Positions 39,443 to 51,200 of a stretch of DNA of 64,000 nt are shown piece by piece (positions within the stretch are counted from its first letter, which is position 1; every line of letters begins with the position of its first letter). The notes beneath the pieces were generated by a model. The model saw only the letters and a list, made by a program, of their open reading frames with translations, was not told where the DNA came from and searched no databases. Source of the stretch: Dimorphilus gyrociliatus (lineage: Eukaryota; Animalia; Annelida); assembly GCA_904063045.1 (NCBI GenBank), contig CAJFCJ010000002.1, positions 2,475,891 to 2,539,890 of the forward strand, in the 5' to 3' direction. The position numbers and the translations under genes are program-made.

Positions 39443-41259
39443 TCAGTCGGAAATGCAACTAAGAAAAGAATTTTTCAATATAGTTCTATCAATATTTCGG
39501 CCAATGAAAATTATTCTATTAATCTTCTCCTCTCCTTCTTCCCAGTCACTTGTTCTCGATCTATCAAATATTTCGTGTACGGCTTGTACAATATGTCGTT
39601 TCCCATCGCCTCTAACTGAGAAAACTCCCTATGATATAAAAATAAACATACTGGTAGAGTTATAAAGCAAGAATTATAATAAAAATATTATTATTAACAA
39701 CTTTTACCTTCATTCTATAAATTTCAATAATATTTCCACTCGAATCCTTATAGTTTTTCTCCCAGAGTAGGTCGTTAAAAAAACTCTCTAATTTTTCAAT
39801 GTTAATGTAGCCGCCAGTTTCAAAAGTGGCCGTTGTTACCAACTACAAATTAAAGAGAGGGATAAGGATAAAAAATAGACAAAAAAAGGAAGAGTTTCGC
39901 TATAATTAGTAGAAAAAGTCTTAAATTTTCTCCTTACGGGATCAATGTGACTTTCTCCTGTTGATATTGTCAAAGTATCCGGGCAATTAGTACCGTAGGC
40001 GTTTAAATTTAATATTACACCCACATCAATTCTGTGTAAATAATTAATTGTGAAATGATAAAAAGTATAAAGAATTTTTTTCCGTACTTTGAGTATTGTG
40101 TTTCAATTAATGTTGACATACTATTTATTATCCTGTTAGAATAAAAAAGGGGAAAAATATAAATTAACCAATAAATAAATAAATTAAATTAATTATTTAT
40201 TACTTTATTTCATTTTTTAATTCACTTAAAGATACTTCATCAACTAAATCCGTCTTATTTAAGATGATAACATCAGCTAATGCAATTTGACGTATACATT
40301 CGTTAATAACGTTATCGGGTTTTACCTCTTTTAGATGCTGTAATCGATATAAATATACACATGTATACAATATATTTTTTTTGAATAAGAATAGAAAGAA
40401 ATCTAGTTTCCAGACATATTCCAAGCTAATTGTATATATCTACCTGCAAGCAATACTTGGCATCTGTAACTGTAATTATACCTGAAAGTTTATAGTTGTT
40501 ATGTTTGTAATATCAACCAATAATTTTGTTTATATTTATATAAAAAAGTAAGATATATGGCTTACCATCTAAATAAATGTCACTGCACAATTCATCGTCT
40601 AACCAAAACATTGAAGCTATTGGACCTATATTTTTTTGGAACAAAAAAAAGAACATCTAATTTGTACGATTAACTTATTAAATAAATATTTATATCTAAC
40701 CCGGATCAGCTAAACCAGTTGTTTCAAGTAAAATATAATCAAATTTCCCTTTCTTTTTCATAAGATTCTCTATGGCCTTCACACCGACATCTCTGGAAAA
40801 TAAATAAATAAAAAGCTTAAAATGTGTTGGCGATAAAAGAAAGAAGGATAATGATAGCTTTATTTTATCTAAAAACCTTAACTACTTGTAACTGTATCTA
40901 TAAAGGTAATTACTTTACTGAACAACATAAACAGCCGTTACGCAATTCCAACCATTCTTCGAACAATTCTCCCGATTGTCCAACTGACATTGACTTTTCA
41001 ATGGCTGAACCTTTAAGACGAAAAGTAAAAAAACAGTTAATCCCTTAATAACAAAAAAACGTAACAATTGTCTTATACCTTCTCCGAACTCATTAAGTAT
41101 GACAGCTATTCGCCTCCCATGTTGTTCAGTTAAGATATAATTTAACAAGGTAGTTTTACCAGAACCTAGGAAACCTGTTATAACAGTTATAGGCACTTTA
41201 TCCCCTTCACGTTCATTTTCTATGGGAACTAAATTGGGTATATCTTCGTCATCAGACAT
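39443..41259 (-). CDS. CBWD (ZNG1): COBW-domain zinc-regulated GTPase (COG0523), about 353 aa; exons 41259-41079, 41010-40914, 40792-40701, 40625-40566, 40481-40444, 40337-40204, 40132-40088, 40031-39938, 39842-39708, 39628-39443
   Basis: Ten exons join in phase through GT-AG introns of 56-121 nt (1062 nt). Motifs: GFLGSGKT (Walker A), [13 protein letters not shown] (CxCC), [13 protein letters not shown], and a C-terminal CobW_C segment (YRMKG...VQAVHEIFD...IIFIGRNID). Confidence 0.95.
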
Positions 41260-41475
41260 AATATTTTTATAGCTTTATTATCGCTCGTTTAATTTTATAA
41301 TTTGTCTATTTTTATTGAAAACCAGCGGTTTAACTTAACACAGATCGATGGTCAAAAAATTACAAATGATTCAAATTCTAGTTAAGGCCAGCTTGAATTA
41401 AATTATTTATAAATATCGTCCAAAATGTCAATAAAGCATGCTCGTTAGAAACAGTCGGCACAAGTCCAACAAATA

Positions 41476-41542
41476 GCGCCATCTGTAGAATAAATTCAAA
41501 TTCTTGAAAAGAATGCTAAACGCCTAATCTTATAGATGGCGT
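41476..41542. promoter_or_regulatory. Divergent pair of CTCF-like motifs 5' of CBWD
   Basis: Reverse CAGATGGCGC at 41476-41485 and forward TAGATGGCGT at 41533-41542. Confidence 0.5.
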
Positions 41543-42311
41543 TACCAAGTCATTAAACTGTGTAAAAAATGAGGAAAGAATGAGGAACCAAGATATGGAA
41601 GCAAACACCACGAAAACGCACTTTGTAGAATTAATAATTTACAAATGAATTGATTGTTCATTAAATTTAACAACATGAGCAAATAAACATAACTTAAATA
41701 ACCAGAATACAAACTTTAATTAACTTTAAAAGTTTATTATTTTTTGTATAATAAATGGCATTCTTATGGGGGCGAAAGCGGATTTATTAGCTTCTTTATT
41801 TATTTACTCATACCATCCAAGTTCTTATTTGTTTACAAACTATTAGTCGATGAATATTTACAATTACCTAATCGTTACATTAGTAAACTATATTATATTA
41901 CTTTTACACCGTCAAACATCCTTTCTTCCTCTCCTCTTTGATACTTTTTATATATGTATTTTTAATCTCTAATTACACCCTCAGCAGCCTCTTTTTTAGC
42001 ACCTACCAACCTATTTTCCCACTATGCCAAATTCAACTGAAATGCACATTAAAAGTGAAAAATAGGTTAATAAAATGTTATGTACTTTTTTTTACAAAGA
42101 AAGATAATGAAAATATTTCAATGCTAATCAAATCATATGGCTATGAATACTTTTAGCAAACATTTATTCGTAATTATATCAGTAATAACAGGGTTTTTAA
42201 GTATAAACCGCACAAAATTGACTATACACATAGAACTATTAAACGACGACTATTCGCAAAGGGAATATAATTAGATCAAGTCAATGTGACATAGGGAATA
42301 CACTATACACT

Positions 42312-43217
42312 TTAGTGCTTTTTAAATATCCTATTAGACATCGATGAAACAGCTTTTTTTAAATCACTGTGTCCGATAATGTTAATGAAAGGATTATGAG
42401 ATGATTATCAACATATGTGTTGTACTTTAAATACTCTTTTCTATATCTTTTAACAAAGGAAATAATCGATTCTACAGTAGATTATATGCAGTATATAATC
42501 ACCAAGATTAGTATGATAAATGTAAAGTTTGCTTCCCTATTTATAATTTTTATTCATTCTTGTTTGCCACTTGCCATATTGATGGGAGAAACTTTTCCAA
42601 TTTGTTTTGCACCGATATTTAATATAGAAAATTACAAAATTACTGACACAACACCTGGAACTCTAACGAAAATCATAACTAAAGTAAAATAATTACCTAT
42701 TCACTGAAAATTTATTATCGTATACTATCTCTGTTTTGTAGAAGGCAAGCCCAGAATAAATTGGAAAGAAAGCATCAAGAGTACATCCTTTCGTTTGATA
42801 CATTTAGTGCTTAAATGGTTTACAAAAGAGTTTAGCACAGCAGAATATCAGTAAATTTAAAATTGATAGAGGTATTTTGAAAATAGGTAGTGTCAAAGTA
42901 AGTATACATACAATTATATTATTGTATCCTATTTGTAATATATATAAGGCTAAAATAAGCATGACGATTGATACGAAGAGGAAATCTGACACGATTAGAG
43001 ATAAGATAAACGTGTTAGTCGTTGTCTGGAGATTCTTTTTCGTTAGGAACATTAGAATGATGAGTCCATTAGCGACAAAACCAAGTATATAAATACACTA
43101 AGAACTTTTATAAAGGTTCATCCGTCTTTCCTGGAAATGTCATTCAGCTTTACATGATAATAACTCAATAAGGGTTGTAATGACTTGTTGGCGGAAGTTA
43201 AGAGATGTATTGGACAT
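42312..43217 (-). pseudogene. Intronless rhodopsin-class GPCR pseudogene (about 300 codons, 7 in-frame stops, 2 frameshifts)
   Basis: Colinear 7TM signatures: TM1 GFVANG, TM2 NTFILSLIVSD, TM3-ICL2 SILNLLIF...KPFK, TM4-like VLLMLSFQFILGLP, TM5 VPGVVSVIL*FSILNIGAKQ, TM6 TFIILILVIIYCI*, TM7/H8 YVDN/SSHNPFINIIGHSDLKKAV. Confidence 0.78.
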
Positions 43218-45109
43218 GGCAAGCCAACTATATAATATACAGTATTTATGACTGATTTATTTATTAGATGAAAAGCGTCTGTAATCTATTATGCATAGAC
43301 ACCAAAGTACTCAGTCACCTCTCGGTAAAAATAAACATTGATTATTAAACAATATTTCTTAGTTAAAAGCATCTCTAACTGGATATATGCGCCAATAAAA
43401 AAACGATTTATGATGGATAATTTCAGACCAAAATATTCCAATAAAAGAAAAGCGTATTAAGACGCTTTATTCTCTTCTCAAGTATAATTTTTAGTTGCAC
43501 AATCTCAATATTTATGCTGTCTTTAGAAGAAAGTTACGAATCTACCGTCAAGAACAATATTTTTTTATCCGATAGATGGAGTTAACACTACATTCTCTTT
43601 CAAACTTTTCAAACTATTATGGAATATATTTTAAAATCGAATAAAAACGTGAGAAAAAAATGAAAACATTGTAAATTCATTAATATCAAAAACAAAAAAG
43701 AGATTTCGTATTCAATTAATGGAAGCAATAGTTGGAGTGACGTAAAACGCTTTCAAATATACTTTATGCAATCACCAGGGAGTTCTCATTGGCGGACAGG
43801 CGCGAAGTATTGCATAATACATCTATGTACAAAATGTTGTTGCTGATATAATTGTCTTTTTTTAAATGTATTAGAACGTCAGGTAGCGTCTGCTGTATTG
43901 TATAGCTTTTAGAACTGAAAGAGAAATGATAAGAGGTGAAATCAACCCGCATAAAAATCGTTTCGTTCCGTTAAAACGCCCTGATACATTTACGATGGAA
44001 TAATAATTAAGGGATGCAATTTAATTTAATTTGAAAAGCGAAAAAATATCTTTCTTAAGAGCACTTTTTTTGCGTGTATACGGGATAATGATGGATCGGC
44101 TATCGGGCACAGTCTTTGTCAGTCTCCATTTTGTTTCCCCCAAATCAAGTTAAGTGCAAAACGTTAATGGCGTTCATCCTCAAAGGTGCTCAACTGTATT
44201 CGAGCTAATTGAATTACGTCATTCTCCCGTTGTATCTTCATTACTTTTTCCTTATTTTCTTCCCTTTCTGCTTACGGGCTAACTCTCACGACTTTAAACG
44301 GAAAAAACTTAACAGTAAAATTCTCCCGTTGTATAATTTTAAACTTTTTAATGGCTTTTTTCCTTTTGAACGTTGCCGCTTTAGTGTTAAGTATTGAAAT
44401 TAGAAAAAAGGATGATAAAAGGCGTAGTATTTACTTTTTAACAAATAGTGTTCACGTATTCTCTTAGATAATTTGCTAGAATTCTACTAGAATTTCCGGT
44501 GGGTAACCTGATCTAAAATAGTAGTATATTGAGAAAATATAGGAACGCTTTGTTGCACATTCTTTCGTGTAATAGCATTATAGATGTTGCAAAAGTTGGG
44601 AATTAATAACACTTTTGCGCTCTCCAGTCTTACAATCTTCTTCAATGAGGAATTTCCCTCCTTCTCTGCATTCCTCATTTACGCTAGATAAGAATAGCTT
44701 ATTGACAAACTCTTATCTTATTACCTACATAATAACGACGTGTCTAACGTCACTTCTCGGTCGGACATCTTGTTAAATTAGTCTAACAAACATGCTGTCT
44801 TATCTGTTTTCCGTTTGTCAACGCTGCGATAGAATTTTAACAGGAATCTGCTAGATTTCAATTGTGTAATGCCAAAATATATTATAGAACTATCAAAAAC
44901 TAATAGAAATTGCCATAAATAAGCTTGAGAATTATCATAAAAAATCATTCAAACGGCGCAAAGAAACGTCTCAAAACGCAGAGTAATGTCACAGACATTG
45001 TCTATTTATCACCGCATCTCGTCATTTAACACAATACAACCTTCAAAATTCGACAGAAATCCCATTTATCACATTTCTAGTCGAACTATTAAACGTAACT
45101 AGTTCGATG

Positions 45110-45191
45110 CTGATTGGTCCATGCGAACTTCTTCTCCGAGCGCTGATTGGCCGAGAAACCTTTAGTTAGTTAAGTGGGCGGAGCCTAAACC
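45110..45191 (+). promoter_or_regulatory. Lbx proximal promoter: two reverse CCAAT boxes plus a GC box
   Basis: CTGATTGG at about 45110 and 45143; AAGTGGGCGGAGCCTAAACC at 45172-45191, about 70 bp upstream of the ATG. Confidence 0.7.
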
Positions 45192-45263
45192 CCAAACCGT
45201 TTTACTGATTACCGTAACTCACTAACAAGAACGAGACGGTGCTCAGAAGTTCAAATAAATAAA

Positions 45264-48200
45264 ATGGTGTCTCAAAGTGAGAATTCTATGGATCCTTTCG
45301 CAGCAATAAGAAAATTAGAGATGAATTGTCCTCCAGTCAAAACTACCTCCCGACCCAGATCATCATTCTTTATTGAAGATATTCTACAGTTGCATAAACC
45401 GAAATCGCCAGACAATCACCATCAAGAAAACTACTCATCTGCTGATACATCATCAACTGTTGAAGAGGAAGATGAAATTATTGATGTTGAAGATTTACCT
45501 CCGCGCAGTAAAAATTCTAAGGCTTCTCCTTTGGACGCTTTGTTCAAAATGACATCAAAGACGCTGAAGGGTTTGGATTCCGGTGGCGAAAATACAGGTT
45601 TGTACTATCTAAGATAACTATATATCTGTCTACTAAGTGTTAACCTTAGCCCTTACCCCCGACCTCTTATTGCCTAATCTTTCGTCGAATGTTTGAAATT
45701 TCTGCGCTTTAGACTGCGGCGTCTGGATTATATAGGGAAACGGACGTTACGTCACATTCTATTAGAGTGTTGTTCGGCACGCGTTAAGCATAGAAAATCT
45801 ACGTAAACAAAGGGGTCTTTCTATTCTGTGAATAGTGAAAGACAAACGCTTCCGATTGATTCTTAGAGTATTACGCCGGGATTTAATTAGGTGAAGAGAA
45901 AGACCGTTTTTATTATGGGGGGGTGCTCTTACTTAATAGCATTTGGGTCAATAAATTGGGTCAATAAAGGGAGATTCCGACAATAAATCGATTATTTGAG
46001 ACATTATAGCCGTAATTGATACGTAAATAAAATATCAGTTTGACAAGCCTAAGTGTGGCATATGTGGTAAATATCTAGCCTCCATTTTATTAGCTTTACT
46101 TAGCTTTATTTATTATAGAAAGGACTTTTCTTCGTATCAATGTATCGAATAAGAATTGCCTATTTAATAGAACAGACTCCTATTGAAAAAATGGAACTAG
46201 CAAAACAGTAAATTCTATTACAAGTGACATTTAAATAATAGTAATGCAACTGTATATATAAATGCCGTCAATTAAACAAATTGCTGATGTTTATGCAAAT
46301 TCACCTGATACCTATGCATTATGTATCTATCCAACTGTTTCCAACTGGACATCAGCTAAAAATTCTACAACAGATATATAAAATAAAGCTCTGTGAACGG
46401 GATTCTCTACCTAGGCATACGAATAGCTAATAACCGGGTCATTTTTCGTTTATTAAGGAATATATAGAGAAAGCTTTACAGAAAGCGCAGTCGGAGTGCG
46501 GGTGATTTGCATGCATTTGCATAAATACATGCTTTATTTAATTTATAGCCAACCCTGTTTATATTCTATAACTATGAATTGCGTAAAACTGACACAACTT
46601 TTTTACCGAAAAATTTGTATCTAAACACGTGACAAAATTGCCTTTGTTTAACGCCTCCAGCGTTAACTGTGCATAATAAGTCAATGAAAATATAAACGTC
46701 AAACAGTGAAAGTGTTCAATAAAAATGTCAAGAAGTATGTCTAGAAGTGAAAAGCCTACAGGGGCGAAAAATTATGCGTTCCTTACCGTCATTTATTTTA
46801 CATTTAGAAGTAGTTTTCTTTTATTTTTCTATGCCGAAGCTGGCGGCTAAATCGGTTAAACTACAACTTTCACCTAATTGCGTATATCTATCAATTTTAC
46901 TCACTTTTCAGACTATGTTTTTTTTAATCCCACTTTCTGACAACCTGAATAACACTGAAGAATAATATATTATGACAGGTGTCCGAAATCACACTATATC
47001 TTGCATATATATATATATATATATACATGGATATAATTGTGAAAGCATATAATAATTTCTAACCTTTAATTAATGTTACTCCTGTCTAACTTGACCTCTC
47101 CCGAAAATAGGTAATTATTCATTCTGTTTTTGCTCGATAATTCACTCATATACTATGTACAGAGCGAACATAAAATTTATAATCCGACCATAAATAAAAA
47201 AGACTGTGTGTCAAGCTTGTCTAACGATTATCTTCACCTCCATAAAATACAGGATTATTTACTTGGTTAAAAAGGGTAGAGAGATAGGGTAGAGTAGCAG
47301 AAGGAATGTTAGAAGACGCCCAGTCAGTTTTAAGCCTATAGTTTATGATTTTGACTAAGAATTGAAAATATCAGAATAGAGAAAGAAAAAGGAGAGAGCG
47401 AGAGAGATAGAGAGGAAGAAGGAAAGCGATAAATATAAATAAATATATATATATAGAGGGAGAGATACAAAAAGCAATGACGCCTATAATGTAAAAGAAT
47501 TTCTTAGCTGATGTTAAAAAATATTTATCGCTATTAAAATGAAATAGAATGCGATTTAAGAAGCGTCCAAGTATAAATTCCTTTTGAAGGGAATTAAAAA
47601 CGAAGAAATTACTTGGGCGATAAAATGAAATGAGTCGATGCGCATCTGTTCCGTTATATCAGGATTTAATGACTAATTAGCAAGTATACGTGCTTTCCAA
47701 ACGTCTTACGGCTCATTAAATCGGTTTTGGCGTTAGTGACTGGAGCCTTTCAACAGCGCCATTTAGCTGATCTGTAACTGATTTTCATAACAGGCAAACT
47801 GATGATTGATAAATTTATGTAATCGATCTATAATTGATTAAATATGAAGGATATTTATTTATTATAAAAGATCTACTCTTATATACCGAAACCATATAAT
47901 ACTGTGCCGCATTGAATGTCACTTTAAACTATAAATCAACTTTTTGTATAGACGGATGAACAAGGCTAAAAAGAAGCGAAACGTGTCCTAACGATAGTGA
48001 TTACAAACTTTTTTAGCAAACCGAAACTTCACTTGAGTTCATTCATCAAGATCAAATGTTAGTCGGAAGTTCTTATCTAGGCGGCTCATCTCCGCCTTTT
48101 TTTCTTGGTTAGATTTAATCTTATTAGCAATTTTTGCGACATTTATCAAAATGCATCAGGTGCGTGTTAGACGGTGGGAAAAATAAATCAATTTTGCGCC

Positions 48201-51200
48201 AGTCGGCATGCCTCTGTGATCATTCTCCGCCATTAGCTAGCGGAGAATGTCGAAAATGACGACTTAATACATCACTAGCCGAAGGCTAATGAATACTAAT
48301 GAGGTAGAGCATTATGCAAATTTTTCCTCTTCTGACGTCTTTTTATAGCCAGCGGTCAAAATCGTTTTTGTGATGTTGTAATACTTCAAACGCTCACGTG
48401 CACTATGCCCTCCCAAAATCAGGGAAAGAGGTGCTAAAAAGAGGCTTTTTCGTTTCTTTGATGTACGGCCAGCACATGCTAGAAAACAAAAACAGCACCA
48501 GTTCATCATTTGTCATAAATTCGACATTCTTACTAAACGAATCTGTGCTTTTAGATAAGAGGCGTTAATTGCTCATTTAAGCATTGACTCTAGATAATTC
48601 TAATCAACCGTGGCTATTAGGATAAAATGTCGTTTGTCTTGAGCTGGCATGATAAAGCTAATTGATTGTCAACGATTCTGTTTTCTTTAAATTGTATAAT
48701 ACAATTTGCTAGGCCTATTAAACTATTTTAACACGAGCCATTAATCATTTGTAAAGAAATATTTGTGACTAATTTTAGCTCTTCCCAAACTATATATCAA
48801 ATATCGTATAAAAATAACAAGAGTAGTGTTTATCCATAGAGTACCATTTTTTAAAAAAAAATATATATATATTAGCTTGTTATAACATCTTGATCTACAA
48901 GGATGATATAAATATTTCTCTATTTTTCTAACACTTAAACTGTTTCTTTTCCCATTCTACCATTTCAATCTAAATATAGAAAATATAAATCAGCATCTTT
49001 CATCAATTACCGTTTAATAGTTTTCTTAAGATGGAAATGAAGATAAAAGTTACTCATTGACATAAGCAACATAGTATTTAAATGAAATATTAATACTATT
49101 TGTTATAAAATTATACCTTTTAACCTAATTCAATAATTGAGAATTTTCTTATAAATAGTTAATCGGGTCGTAAAGTCGAAGTATTTGCTGTATAAAGTAA
49201 ACTAAAAACACGTAAAGAGTTATATTTACTCTCTTCCAAAAAGGAAAATAAGAGTTGTATTATAAATATATATCTTGTGAAGAATGAAAGAATATATATA
49301 GATATATCTATATAATTGATATAAAACGATAACAAATGTCTCTAGGTCAATATAGCCCGTTGTATTGAATATGAAATGAGTTTTTTTTTTAACTAAGGAA
49401 TGTGTGTAGATGTTTTATAGTAGAAAATCTTGTTGCTATTAAGATGTTCTTAACGCAATAAATTCCCTCTAAAGCGAAAATGACGGACGCGCAGCGGGTC
49501 GGGGGTTATGTTGGTTCGTAATTTATATAAAAGTAAACGTATTTATTTGTATACAATGTACATTAAATAATCATAAGTTAAACGAAAGATTTTATCTGAT
49601 CTTTTTTATTTTATAGTTTTATACTTGTTAATTGAGCATTTAATATTATTAGTTTATTGTTTAAATTAGGGGAAATAATCGCTAAAAAGTAAAGATAAGT
49701 GTAATGAATAATAATTCCCATACGTTAATAATTACCTGTTTTTGATACGGGGTACAAACAAAGAGTCAATTAAACAGTTATAATATTTCCTACTGTAACG
49801 GTATAAATAAGGGCGTATACGCAGCAGCTGCGTCAGCCCTTGACAGTCTCCAGAGTGTCCGAAATTGGCACCGTTCTCGCTCTACATACACCACTTGCGC
49901 TGATTCTTCATCATTTCCAACGATTTTGGCGCCTTTTCTTGCCAACCGTCTGCTTTACGTCTTTTACTGCAAATGATGCCTTTTTATTTATATATGCCTT
50001 CTTACAATACTTTGTTCTTCTATTCATAGAGAAAATTATCCTCTGGTACAACAAAGTTTTGTTATAGAAAGACAAGTACTTGTTTAGAAAGATCATTCTT
50101 AGACCTTTCTTTACCTTTTATTATATTTAATTGAAAAGTGAATAAGGAGAACAAGGTCAAGACGAAGTTCGTTCCTTTTAATAAAACGTTTAAGTAGTGG
50201 TGATAACTTTTGACTTGTATGATGGAAATCTTGTAAAAAAAATATATTACCTAACCAAACCAAACGAATAACCGACAAAATATACAAAAAGTATTGCAGT
50301 ACATAATTTAAAAGAGAGCACACGTGGGCTCATAATTCATTAAGCAATCAGCAACTTTCAAGGCAAGCCAGCCTTGCTGTCAGTTCAAAAATGCAGACGA
50401 TAACTGGTAGTTTTCCGTTAGAAAAAAAGAAAGCATTCCAATCGTAGCTTTGCGTGATGAGTTCTCTTGATGTTAGCAGAAAATGAGATTCGGATTACGG
50501 GGCTAGTAACATTCTTCATTATCTCTTTGAAACGTAGTTTTTTCTTTCTTTTGAATTCCCAAACTAAGATAAAGCATGTTTCGAATTCCTTTCACAACCA
50601 AAAGAGGTGGAATAAATTAGAGTAATGAATTTATTACAAAGCCATTGAAAAACGTATTTACAAAGCGGCCAGCGTCATTATTTATATTGATGGCTCTATT
50701 ATAGTAATTTCATTGCAACCGGACTTAAATTGATTTAGGCTAAACTTATAATGGCGCCAAATATATAAAATAAGCTATTTAAGTCTCTGTTGCACGTCTT
50801 TGTTATGCGAATCGTGTCATTTTTCATAAATGTCTACGCGCATGCGTCATAACACAATTTTAAACAAAGGAAAACAGCCTAGCGGCGATTTTAACACCCC
50901 TTTGAGCCGCATTTTTTTTATGGCACACCAATTTATTTTAAGATCCTAAATAGACTAGTGAGCCAATATGAAGATGGCTCGCGTTAATTAAGGTTAATAA
51001 CAGGGCTCTTTGTGCGAAAGAGAACTATTGTCATCATTTACGGCAATGATTGATGACGTTCCCTGTATCCCTAGGGTTATGCGGGTACATTCTATTAGAA
51101 AGGAAAAGGTCATATGAAACTTTAACTTGTGCGTATAGTTTAATACTTTAGGTATTTAATCTGTTCTACTTAGACTTAAATATAACTTAAAAATCTAAAT

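Noticed and set aside
42417-43092. Plus-strand hydrophobic ORFs of 91 and 71 aa
   Set aside because: Antisense shadows of the GPCR pseudogene.
44221-44334. 15-bp direct repeat ATTCTCCCGTTGTAT flanking 84 bp, as a possible target-site duplication
   Set aside because: No terminal repeats, poly-A tail or second copy of the interior; a local duplication is more likely.
45944-45968. Tandem TTGGGTCAATAAA duplication in the Lbx intron
   Set aside because: A two-copy slippage product is sufficient explanation; a nuclear-receptor or Hox site interpretation is unsupported.
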